Source of the DNA: a virus
Taxonomy: Duplodnaviria > Caudoviricetes
DNA: 64,000 bases
IMG/VR virus record: IMGVR_UViG_3300037067_012588
Direction: 5' to 3' (one strand)
A program made the position numbers and the translations under genes. Positions 46,869 to 55,200 of the stretch are shown piece after piece (the first letter of the stretch is position 1; each line of letters starts with the position of its first letter). Below the pieces are notes generated by a model that did no database searches, was not told the DNA's origin, and was given only the letters and a program-made list of their open reading frames with translations.

Positions 46869-47223
46869 TTTTTGACCTCTTTTCAATAAGAAGTTGTTCA
46901 AAACGCAACGCCGCAGTCCACGCACCATCAAAATGGGCATCACAGTCTTGAGTTGATCCACGAATAAGAGAGCCAATGTAAATCTCACGAGCCATTTTCT
47001 CTACCGAAACAATCGAAGGATTTTCTCCCCTCAAAGACAAGCCATTTTCTGCAAGCCTTTCTTGAATGTTTCGCAATGTGCCAACCCCAAGATTACGTAT
47101 TGAGCAAAGCGACGCAACAGACATAGAAACAAGTTCTTCAATCGTCTTTACTTTTGCATGATACAGTGCAGTCTTGGCTCTTGTTGAAATGTTCAAAAAA
47201 TCAACAGATAAAGACATATCCAT
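46861..47223 (-). CDS. RNA polymerase alpha C-terminal-domain-like protein
   Basis: SVDFLNISTRAKTAL...TIEELV...SIRNLGVGTLRNI.ERL...GLSL. Confidence 0.8.
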   Translation of the reverse strand: MDMSLSVDFLNISTRAKTALYHAKVKTIEELVSMSVASLCSIRNLGVGTLRNIQERLAENGLSLRGENPSIVSVEKMAREIYIGSLIRGSTQDCDAHFDGAWTAALRFEQLLIEKRSKNE

Positions 47224-47236
47224 ACGAGCTACCTCC

Positions 47237-48127
47237 TCAATGGATTCCGTTACGAGACAAAACATCCCTGATTTCCATCAGTGTCTTCCTGTCCACATCG
47301 ACAGACGAAACCATGCTGCTCAGCGAGCCATAATGCTGCTCAAGAACATTCAACAGCAGACCTTTGATTTTCTCCTCATCAGGTCCATACGGCAACTTGC
47401 TTTCGTTGTACAGAACATCAAGCGACTTCTCCTTCTCCGAGAAATACTCCTTGATGCGTTCCTCCGTCCACTCGCCACGACGGATTGACTTCAAAATCTC
47501 ACTATTCCTGTCAAGCTCAAGGTCGCCCTCGGAAAGAATCTGCTCGCACTCAAGCATCAAACGAACAACGTGGTAGGCAAACTTCACGTCAAATCCGAAC
47601 TCCTGAACGTTGGCATGACGCTTGGAGCCTTCCTTCGGCTGCTTGATACTCATTTTGTGAATTTGTTGGTATGCGTACCCTCGGAATTTATGGAAACATC
47701 CCTTGTGGAGAAACAGTTTCCGATTCTCACGGAAAATCTCCGACAGACTCGTCGAATGAATAACGCAACGAGTCGGCACAAACAGAGAATCCAGCATGTT
47801 CGGGTTATTCTGCATCACAAGGTCAACAAACCGTGCGACACCGTAGACGGCGAAATCATACTGCTTGTCATGCTGCTTGTCGTCAACATGATGCTGCTGC
47901 CAGCAAGTGAAGTCTTGCGGCTCACGCCCGAACCCACGGATATGCCCAGCGAGATGCGGGAACAGATATTCCTTCGGCGGGATGCACCATCCGTACAGGT
48001 CCATATCCGAGCTTCCACCCGAACAGCCATAGGCAACACTACCCATTTGCACAAGGTAGTGCGTATTGGTCGGTAGGAACGATGGAGGGGAAATCAATCC
48101 CCGCTCTTTCAGATCAACAATCAGCAT
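47237..48127 (-). CDS. predicted nucleotidyltransferase (Pol-beta superfamily, YcgL-like)
   Basis: GSVAYG....SDMD, NNPNMLD, FRGYA, KFAYHVVRL. Confidence 0.82.
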   Translation of the reverse strand: MLIVDLKERGLISPPSFLPTNTHYLVQMGSVAYGCSGGSSDMDLYGWCIPPKEYLFPHLAGHIRGFGREPQDFTCWQQHHVDDKQHDKQYDFAVYGVARFVDLVMQNNPNMLDSLFVPTRCVIHSTSLSEIFRENRKLFLHKGCFHKFRGYAYQQIHKMSIKQPKEGSKRHANVQEFGFDVKFAYHVVRLMLECEQILSEGDLELDRNSEILKSIRRGEWTEERIKEYFSEKEKSLDVLYNESKLPYGPDEEKIKGLLLNVLEQHYGSLSSMVSSVDVDRKTLMEIRDVLSRNGIH

Positions 48128-48158
48128 TTACTACTCCTTCAATAAGCCTTCGGTAGAA

Positions 48159-48166
48159 CATCGTCT
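48159..48166 (-). promoter_or_regulatory. AGACGATG variant of the upstream motif
   Basis: About 32 nt upstream of the start at 48127, with the AAAATCTC flank. Confidence 0.5.
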
Positions 48167-48194
48167 ATTATGGAGATTTTTGGAATAATTTCCA

Positions 48195-48377
48195 CTATTC
48201 TTCTGAAATAGTTATCTCCACCTCGTATGGGCAGCGTGAAAGGTCGATATCCTTGAACTCCGAATACGAAGTCCCAATTGGACACATAACCTTTCCATCC
48301 TCCCACATGATGTTGTCTAGAGCATACCACTTGAACCCACGGTCAAAACAACACCTTTGGCATATTTCTTTTCGCAA
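48195..48377 (-). CDS. Cys-rich family small protein
   Basis: KEICQRC...WEDGKVMCP...RCPYEVEITISE. Confidence 0.72.
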   Translation of the reverse strand: MRKEICQRCCFDRGFKWYALDNIMWEDGKVMCPIGTSYSEFKDIDLSRCPYEVEITISEE

Positions 48378-48440
48378 ACTTATCTCCTTGGAATCACCTT
48401 GAAACTTATACAGCTCAAGTGAACATCCAAGGAATACAAA

Positions 48441-48740
48441 TTACGCCTTTAGTGAAATAAAGTGTTCAATCGAAAAAGGACAGTGTTCTGGTGGTTGTTT
48501 ATATGTCAACGCCAACATCGTCAGAGCATCTGACTCGCTCTGAGGAAGGCACCAAACACTGCCGTGCCTCCACTGATAGTCTTCTTCGATACCCCACTTC
48601 GGACGGCAGTAGTAAGCCCGCCATTTTTCATGACACCTTTTACAAATGAGCTTGACGAGAATCGGCTTACGCTTCTCGGTTGCGAACATACCCTTCTTAC
48701 GAAGTCCCTTGATTTTCCTTTTCTTCATTGTTTGTTTCAT
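48441..48740 (-). CDS. Cys-rich family small protein (start uncertain)
   Basis: LICKRC...WRHGSVWC...PPEHCPFSIEHFIS. Confidence 0.72.
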   Translation of the reverse strand: MKQTMKKRKIKGLRKKGMFATEKRKPILVKLICKRCHEKWRAYYCRPKWGIEEDYQWRHGSVWCLPQSESDALTMLALTYKQPPEHCPFSIEHFISLKA

Positions 48741-48762
48741 ATACCAGTGGACTTTCGTCCAC
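48731..48762 (-). promoter_or_regulatory. conserved palindrome plus extended -10-like element (copy 2)
   Basis: GTGGAC-GAAA-GTCCAC-TGGTATATGAAACAAA. Confidence 0.5.
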
Positions 48763-48780
48763 AGAAACCTTTACAAAAAG

Positions 48781-49002
48781 TCACTTGATGTTCTCCTGAT
48801 TGACCTCAGAACTCTCCGATAAAACATGCTCAACCAAGAAAGGGCAATCACTCGGAACTGTATCAGCGATGTCGGGAAACTCACTCTCCATCAACATAGA
48901 GGTGCATATCAGCCGTTCGTTTCCACAAGCTATAGATTCGGTCGCCAGAAAACAACAATCAGCATCCTCACAAATCCATCGGCTTATCTTTATCGCACTC
49001 AT
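48781..49002 (-). CDS. Cys-rich family small protein
   Basis: WICEDADC ... VPSDCPFLVEHVLSE. Confidence 0.72.
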   Translation of the reverse strand: MSAIKISRWICEDADCCFLATESIACGNERLICTSMLMESEFPDIADTVPSDCPFLVEHVLSESSEVNQENIK

Positions 49003-49189
49003 TCTCGCCCCCCGAGATAATGTGCTCCATCAGAAACGGACAACCTTGTGGAACACCGCCATCGTATTCCCCAAGAAATCTTAAATCTTCCACAAGAGTG
49101 CAAATGGTCGGACTACAAAACTCATTCGCCTCAAAGAGGCTATGGCATTTTCCTCTCTTGCAAATACCATAGTTGATTTCAGAAGTCAA
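48968..49189 (-). CDS. Cys-rich family small protein
   Basis: GICKRGKC ... VPQGCPFLMEHIIS. Confidence 0.72.
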   Translation of the reverse strand: MTSEINYGICKRGKCHSLFEANEFCSPTICTLVEDLRFLGEYDGGVPQGCPFLMEHIISGGENECDKDKPMDL

Positions 49190-49958
49190 AACTTTGCCCT
49201 GCCTCTACAAATCCACAAAAACCATTGTCCTTGGCTGCCTGACGTACTGTCCCTGGCTGATAGTGATACAACCACATCTTCGAGCGGATATCATCACTGA
49301 GGGTTGTAAGGTCTGCAAAATTGGCATGAACACCACTCTTGAAAGGCGATGTTTCGCAGTCTTGGAAAATCACGTCACAGCTTCGATAAAAATCCATGAT
49401 TTGATTCGGAGCAAACTGCGTATCGCTCGTGAAAAACACTTTCGGCTTTTCAGATGAAACACCAATCTCCTGAATAATCAATCCATAGCTATACTTGATG
49501 TGATAGCCAGCCATAACGTGAACCGTCTGAACAGGAATAAACGTAATTCCCTCCCACACGAAGAACGAACTGTTCTCGACAGGGTGACAATCAAAATACT
49601 CAGTTAACGTCACAACCTTCCCCTGAATTGATTCCAGTCCTCCACGGAGAGCCTGCTCCCAAAGCTCGTGCATGAGTTGGGTATTGCAAAACAACCTCGG
49701 GCGTTCAGCGTTCGGATTGAAGTAAGTGCAAAACGCAAGCTCCTCAAGACCACCAACATGGTCAGCATGGAGGTGCGAGACATACACGGCATCAATGTCA
49801 GTGTATTTCAGCCCAAGACCAAGCTTGTCCGCTGTAGTCCAGCAAGTGCTTCCACAGTCAATCAATAACTTCTTGCCAGATGCCGCCGTGATAACAGCAT
49901 TGCTTTGACCATCAAGCTTGTTGAATGCCGACCCAGCTCCGATAAATTGAATCTTCAC
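49179..49958 (-). CDS. metallo-beta-lactamase-fold hydrolase, Apyc1-like
   Basis: GAGSAF, LIDCG, SHLHADHVGGLEE, TSDT, FQDCE, VHA, LYHY. Confidence 0.8.
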   Translation of the reverse strand: MKIQFIGAGSAFNKLDGQSNAVITAASGKKLLIDCGSTCWTTADKLGLGLKYTDIDAVYVSHLHADHVGGLEELAFCTYFNPNAERPRLFCNTQLMHELWEQALRGGLESIQGKVVTLTEYFDCHPVENSSFFVWEGITFIPVQTVHVMAGYHIKYSYGLIIQEIGVSSEKPKVFFTSDTQFAPNQIMDFYRSCDVIFQDCETSPFKSGVHANFADLTTLSDDIRSKMWLYHYQPGTVRQAAKDNGFCGFVEAGQSFDF

Positions 49959-50236
49959 TTGTTTTCTCCCGGCTTGACATTGGAAAGAATCTTCGAAATC
50001 TCTTCGTATGTCCGACAGGTGATGATGATAGCGTGCTCACGAGAAAAACCACGAGCCTCAAGGGAAAGAATAGCATCCGCACGCATGTTGACGCTCGAAA
50101 CGAAAATAGCATTAAGCATCTCTTTCAGGTCGGGTCCAAACTCTTTGGCGACAGTCTTGATTCCGTCAACAACAGGACGGAACTCGGAAGCCATACTCAT
50201 TATTTCAGCAATAGCCTTCAGTGAAGAAGTATCCAT
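49955..50236 (-). CDS. hypothetical protein
   Basis: Overlaps the next start. Confidence 0.6.
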   Translation of the reverse strand: MDTSSLKAIAEIMSMASEFRPVVDGIKTVAKEFGPDLKEMLNAIFVSSVNMRADAILSLEARGFSREHAIIITCRTYEEISKILSNVKPGENK

Positions 50237-50260
50237 TCAAAACCCCTTTCTTGAAATTCT

Positions 50261-50944
50261 TTATTTCCTCAACCTCACAAACGGATGGAGCGGACGAACC
50301 GACTCCATAATCTCTTCAAGGTCTTCATCAGAATACTGAAACGTTCCAGCCTTTTCAGCGGAAAGCAAAGGAATATCAGCGATATACTGCTGCAATATCC
50401 AAGACCCATCTCCATCCAACTGTTTGGCCATCTCAACAATGTTTTCCTTCGAGATAGTTGCTGGACAAAGCGTTGTTCTGTATTCTCGCTCAATACCGCT
50501 TCGCTTGACAATATCAAACGTCCTCGGAATAGACTTAGCATCCAAGCCAAACGCACCAACTGAATCAAGTTGCGAGTGAAGCGTCTTGTAGTCTACACAG
50601 ATGCAATCGAGAAGGCTATTGTTAAGCAATGAAAGAACAACATCTGGTCTTGTCCCATTGGTAGACAGTTTGATGTGATGTCCGAAGTTTCTCAAAACCC
50701 TTATGAAATCTTCCAGCCCATCCTGAAGTGTTGCCTCGCCACCACTCAAAACAACACCATTAACTCCAGACAGTTTTCCAATCGCCGCAACAACACTCAA
50801 GGAATCCAACCGCTCCTCTTTCTCAAGTCCAGAGTTGTGGCAATATGGACACAGCAAATTACACCCGCCAAAAAACACAATGGATGAAATGTGCCCCGGC
50901 CACTCATTCAATGAGTTTGGAATGAACCCACGAATGTCAATCAT
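50261..50944 (-). CDS. nrdG: anaerobic ribonucleotide reductase activating enzyme
   Basis: FFGGCNLLCPYCHN, LSGGEAT, TNG, EYRTT. Confidence 0.88.
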   Translation of the reverse strand: MIDIRGFIPNSLNEWPGHISSIVFFGGCNLLCPYCHNSGLEKEERLDSLSVVAAIGKLSGVNGVVLSGGEATLQDGLEDFIRVLRNFGHHIKLSTNGTRPDVVLSLLNNSLLDCICVDYKTLHSQLDSVGAFGLDAKSIPRTFDIVKRSGIEREYRTTLCPATISKENIVEMAKQLDGDGSWILQQYIADIPLLSAEKAGTFQYSDEDLEEIMESVRPLHPFVRLRK

Positions 50945-51246
50945 GCCGTCTCCACATCACTTTCCCTTCCAGAGTAATCCGTAAACGCCATGAGAACCGA
51001 TTCGTCTTCATCATACACCTCAACCGAAGAATTCTCTTCGTAATAAAAACAGAATTTTGTTCCAATATCTTCGCTGTTTATCTTCTCGACAATGATGCTA
51101 TGGTTTTGACGAGAAGCATCAATCACCCGAACAAAAATAACATCTCTCTCGGAAAGATCATACTTGCTTTTACCATCACAGGCAACAGCAATAGCGATAT
51201 ACTTTCCGACCTCTTTTTCGAGATCATCTGCACTTATGTTTTTCAC
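50941..51246 (-). CDS. hypothetical protein
   Basis: Overlap-coupled ORF. Confidence 0.6.
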   Translation of the reverse strand: MKNISADDLEKEVGKYIAIAVACDGKSKYDLSERDVIFVRVIDASRQNHSIIVEKINSEDIGTKFCFYYEENSSVEVYDEDESVLMAFTDYSGRESDVETA

Positions 51247-52049
51247 TGTTCAATCTCCTTATGTTGGAGTGAAAACCCTCCATCGAAAACATCCTGAAGA
51301 TTCTTCGCTCTTCCTTCAAGCCAAGAATCCAAAACAAAACCCATCGGTCCAATTGGCCAGGCATCCCAGAACCAATTGTTTGTAGGGCGCTCTACGACCC
51401 TCGGCATACAAAATGCTTGGGATAGGGCATATGGCATCGTCGAAGTGCCAACATAAGCCCTACAGCCCCTCAAAAACACCATCAAATCAAGCATTGTTGG
51501 GAAAACACCAAAGTCCAACCTGACAACATCGAATCCTTTCAGAAACTCAGCATAGAACTCGTCAGAATACCGACGCCCAAGATGATTCGTCAGCGCACAA
51601 GCAACCTTGTCGTTTCCAATAATGGGTATATTCTCAACAGGACACTCACAGGCGTCCACCTTCACTCCAAGCATGTAAGCATATCGGTTAATCCAATGAA
51701 ATGCCTCATGAGTTTGGTTTGTCTGGCAGCCCCAAGCCTTACACAGCTCACGTTTTGCTCCCCAATACCAAGCGTTATCCAGAATCAACCAATCTGGATG
51801 CTTTGGGTCTTGACGACAAAACAGCTTCTCACCAACATTGTTGTGGAAAGCCTCGTCAAGATAGACGTTCTCAAAGCCACGAATATATGACTGCCTTTCC
51901 AGAAAAGAACGACAGAACTCTGTATACTCTGGCTTCCACAACGAACCAGGCGAACAATTGAAATAGAGATACGCATCCCCGACTTTGCGAATCGTCCATA
52001 GAGCGAGAATCAAGTCGCCAAGCTTTCCGCCGTGCATGAACTTATTCAT
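51243..52049 (-). CDS. glycosyltransferase, GT9-like GT-B fold
   Basis: GKLGDLI; YVGTSTMPYALSQAFCMP. Confidence 0.6.
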   Translation of the reverse strand: MNKFMHGGKLGDLILALWTIRKVGDAYLYFNCSPGSLWKPEYTEFCRSFLERQSYIRGFENVYLDEAFHNNVGEKLFCRQDPKHPDWLILDNAWYWGAKRELCKAWGCQTNQTHEAFHWINRYAYMLGVKVDACECPVENIPIIGNDKVACALTNHLGRRYSDEFYAEFLKGFDVVRLDFGVFPTMLDLMVFLRGCRAYVGTSTMPYALSQAFCMPRVVERPTNNWFWDAWPIGPMGFVLDSWLEGRAKNLQDVFDGGFSLQHKEIEQ

Positions 52050-52276
52050 TCTGGACTCTCAGAAACAAAATGTTCAAGAACCATCGGGCACTCATCTGGA
52101 ACAGGCATTCGCTTTACTTCTTGAAATGCTCCTGAAATCTCATACTCGTTCGATGTTCCAGCCATCACCTTAAACAAAGACACTTTAATTATTGGTTTAC
52201 CCTCAATCTTGCAGATGTTCCCATTCCTTTGGAAATGATGGCAGCAAAGGCATATTGTCTTACTTACTTCAGTCAT
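52046..52276 (-). CDS. Cys-rich family small protein
   Basis: KTICLCC ... VPDECPMVLEHFVSE. Confidence 0.72.
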   Translation of the reverse strand: MTEVSKTICLCCHHFQRNGNICKIEGKPIIKVSLFKVMAGTSNEYEISGAFQEVKRMPVPDECPMVLEHFVSESPE

Positions 52277-52505
52277 GCTTGCCTCCAAAAGGAATAGACG
52301 GGTCTCGGATAATAGGAACCTCATAAAAAAGATGCTCAACAGCGTAAGGACAACCCTCTGGAACGATTCCCTCAGTGCTAAGATCGCTTTGTATGTGACA
52401 GCGAACAAAAGTATCATAGTAGTCAATAAATGTCGCAAGCCTTGGATTAAATCCACGGTTTTTATAACACAGACGACAAAGGTCAAGATTCAGTTTGTTT
52501 TTCAT
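52269..52505 (-). CDS. Cys-rich family small protein
   Basis: DLCRLC ... VRC ... VPEGCPYAVEHL. Confidence 0.72.
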   Translation of the reverse strand: MKNKLNLDLCRLCYKNRGFNPRLATFIDYYDTFVRCHIQSDLSTEGIVPEGCPYAVEHLFYEVPIIRDPSIPFGGKHD

Positions 52506-52743
52506 CTTCTGGCCCCCAAAAACTTCCATTGGCATTCTGCCCACTAAGAGCAATTGTATGTTCGACAACGAAAGGACACCACTTCGGAGGCTCTTCCCTG
52601 AAAAAACGTACAACAATGTCGCTCAAGCCTTCATTCAAACAGGTCACACTTGGAAACACTACTATATTACTGTCTGAATCGTACTCCGGGTCAGATATTT
52701 CATAAACAAACTGACACTTCCTGCAAATCTGTTGGCAAATCAT
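52483..52743 (-). CDS. Cys-rich family small protein
   Basis: QICRKC ... VTC ... PPKWCPFVVEHTI. Confidence 0.72.
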   Translation of the reverse strand: MICQQICRKCQFVYEISDPEYDSDSNIVVFPSVTCLNEGLSDIVVRFFREEPPKWCPFVVEHTIALSGQNANGSFWGPEDEKQTES

Positions 52744-52781
52744 AGCAATATCCCAAAAAAACCACAAAGTTATCCACAAAC

Positions 52782-53069
52782 TCAAAAATCATCCCTCATA
52801 GTATCATCGTACATGAGGAGATTTTCTGGGAACTTCTTCACATCAATTTTCTCATCGCAACCAGCAATCTCCTGCTCTAGTTGAAAACCACACCATTCAG
52901 GGGCAAAATTTCGTTCTCTTGTGATAGTCACAAAGTTTGAACGCTTCAAGAACTTATGCTTCGGAATGACTCCACTTGGCGTATAATAAACTTCTTTCGC
53001 ACAAAGCCAATGGTCTTCAGAACAAGATTCAGAAAAACGAGAGCAGCCTTCACAAATGCAACGATTCAT
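52782..53069 (-). CDS. Cys-rich family small protein
   Basis: CICEGC ... APEWCGFQLEQEI. Confidence 0.68.
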   Translation of the reverse strand: MNRCICEGCSRFSESCSEDHWLCAKEVYYTPSGVIPKHKFLKRSNFVTITRERNFAPEWCGFQLEQEIAGCDEKIDVKKFPENLLMYDDTMRDDF

Positions 53070-53079
53070 TTCACAATCC

Positions 53080-53241
53080 TTAATCTTCGTCCTTTTGGTC
53101 GCCAATAATATGCTCAATCGCTAAAGGGCATTCCTCTGGTGGGTGTCCTCCGTACAAAACACGACCACAAATGGTTGCATTCCATTTCTTGCAGTTTCGG
53201 CAAAACTTGGCGTGTAAAGCTAAACGTTCTGTCTCTGTCAT
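53080..53241 (-). CDS. minimal 53-aa Cys-rich family protein (not in the ORF track)
   Basis: MTETERLALHAKFCRNCKKWNATICGRVLYGGHPPEECPLAIEHIIGDQKDED. Confidence 0.72.
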   Translation of the reverse strand: MTETERLALHAKFCRNCKKWNATICGRVLYGGHPPEECPLAIEHIIGDQKDED

Positions 53242-53249
53242 GAATTCGT

Positions 53250-53636
53250 TCACTTCTGTCCCTTCGGTTTAGCCTTGTTCAGTTGCGCTGCAACCATTGA
53301 GCGCAAATACTGCTGAGCCATCTGGTTGATTGATCCATCTGGATAAATCAACCGCAAACCCTTCATCCTCGTCAAGATAGGCTTGATATCTTGTCCCTTC
53401 AATCCAGCAACGATACCAAAAGTAATCGAGTCAAACTCGACCTTGGACCACAGCCATTCCCACTTGGAAACTTCATCCTGTTGTTCAGAGCAATCCCCAA
53501 TGTTCTCCACAAACGTAATCCTGACAGACGGCCATGCCACAAGAGCCTGCCGAAGCAAGACATCCTCCATCAAAGGAACTATCGCCTCTGGATGCTCACT
53601 CTTCTTAAAATACCCAAGAGTCTCGCCAAAAGTCAT
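53250..53636 (-). CDS. hypothetical protein
   Basis: MTFGETLGYF after GAGGA. Confidence 0.65.
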   Translation of the reverse strand: MTFGETLGYFKKSEHPEAIVPLMEDVLLRQALVAWPSVRITFVENIGDCSEQQDEVSKWEWLWSKVEFDSITFGIVAGLKGQDIKPILTRMKGLRLIYPDGSINQMAQQYLRSMVAAQLNKAKPKGQK

Positions 53637-53860
53637 TATTTTTTCCTCAAATTGTTCCAAAACCTCGTAATTTTTTGCAAAATGTTCTCTTTTACAGTGT
53701 AATGCTTCTTGATGTTTGGACAATACGATGGTGCTTCATCTGAGATAAAAATGCGCCTTGGTGAACCGTCCCCAGAACAAACAAATCGACTATCCCATGT
53801 CCAAAGAACATTGTAAACATAAACGCAATGCTTGCACTTACGACAAATCCAGATGTTCAT
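53636..53860 (-). CDS. Cys-rich family small protein
   Basis: WICRKC ... FVC ... APSYCPNIKKH. Confidence 0.65.
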   Translation of the reverse strand: MNIWICRKCKHCVYVYNVLWTWDSRFVCSGDGSPRRIFISDEAPSYCPNIKKHYTVKENILQKITRFWNNLRKK

Positions 53861-53861
53861 T

Positions 53862-55190
53862 TCAGTTTTCTAAAGGCTTGAAAAAAGGACTGGCTATGCC
53901 AGGACTCATCACTGGAACAGTTATCTGAGTCTCTTTGAACACTTCGTCAATCATTTTCGTATCGCCTTTGTAAAACACCAAAATGTTTTGATGCGACTTT
54001 CCAAGACGCCTATATGTTCCAAACTGGCGACGAATACGCATCGGCAACGAACCACCTGCCGTCACAAGCACTGACTCATTATACAGGCGAGCGCCGTATT
54101 CCGAAAAAGCATCTATCGTTTCAGTAACGAGATTCCTATAAAACCCTGAATCATCTCGAACATCTCCAACAACAAAACATGCAAACCTGTTTTCCTTCAA
54201 CCTATCCAAACCCTTCCTGATTACCTCACGATAGGCATTTTTAAAGGAATCCCACCCCATGTTTGTCACATCTTCCTCAAGCGTACTGTAAATCTCCAAG
54301 TCGAAATATGGAGGACATGTGAAGAAGAAATCTGCATCAACATCCTTGGCAATAATATCGAGATCAACACTGTCCCCAATAACCCACTTCGGTTTTGGAT
54401 TACATTCCAATTTATCACCCTGACAAATGTTTGTGGTAATCTGCTCAGGTCGGATATCAATTCCAAAATAACCCCGATTGAGAGCACAGGCAACAATACC
54501 ACGAACAGAGCTCCCACAGAATGGGTCAAGAACAAGACCACCTTCTGGACAATATAGTCTATAAAGCGTCTCACAAAGAACAGGATCAAAAGAACTTCCG
54601 ACCTTTCCTCCACGGATGTTGACATCTTTGTCTTTTGATGTTGAACCCATTCCAAATCCGCCGTCAACGCCGCTCGAAATCCACGCATCCTTTCGACGCT
54701 TCCACTCTGGAAGTCTCGCATCAAACAAAGACGAACCATGATATATTGCTGGCTCCTCAAGAACGCTTTTCTCAGATTTCCCTCGCAAAACTGACTGCTC
54801 AACAACCTGTTGAAGATCATCAAACAAAAGCATATTCGTCAAATCGCTATCAACAGCACGAACATGTTCCATCAAATCGATAACCTCTTCAGTCCAAGCT
54901 CCTTCAATTTTTGGATTATTCAACGCAACATTGAGAGTCTTCTCCATCGAGTCATCAAGGTCAACCTCAATGACATCAAGCTCTTTCTTTCCAGCCGCTT
55001 GCATGACTTTTAGTCGTTGATGTCCTCCAACGACATTCCCAGTTCTCTTATTCCAAATGATAGGTTCAACTAATCCAAATCGAGAAATAGAAGCCTCAAG
55101 ACCAGCAAGGGCTCGCTCAGATATTTTCCTCGGATTATAACCTGCAGGATTCAACGCCTCAATCGGAACCCGAACCATCTTGACAAACAT
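53862..55190 (-). CDS. ParB-N domain plus DNA amino-methyltransferase (motif I before motif IV)
   Basis: YNPR...VGGHQR; VLDPFCGSSVRG; FTCPPY. Confidence 0.85.
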   Translation of the reverse strand: MFVKMVRVPIEALNPAGYNPRKISERALAGLEASISRFGLVEPIIWNKRTGNVVGGHQRLKVMQAAGKKELDVIEVDLDDSMEKTLNVALNNPKIEGAWTEEVIDLMEHVRAVDSDLTNMLLFDDLQQVVEQSVLRGKSEKSVLEEPAIYHGSSLFDARLPEWKRRKDAWISSGVDGGFGMGSTSKDKDVNIRGGKVGSSFDPVLCETLYRLYCPEGGLVLDPFCGSSVRGIVACALNRGYFGIDIRPEQITTNICQGDKLECNPKPKWVIGDSVDLDIIAKDVDADFFFTCPPYFDLEIYSTLEEDVTNMGWDSFKNAYREVIRKGLDRLKENRFACFVVGDVRDDSGFYRNLVTETIDAFSEYGARLYNESVLVTAGGSLPMRIRRQFGTYRRLGKSHQNILVFYKGDTKMIDEVFKETQITVPVMSPGIASPFFKPLEN

Positions 55191-55200
55191 AACGCCCTCA

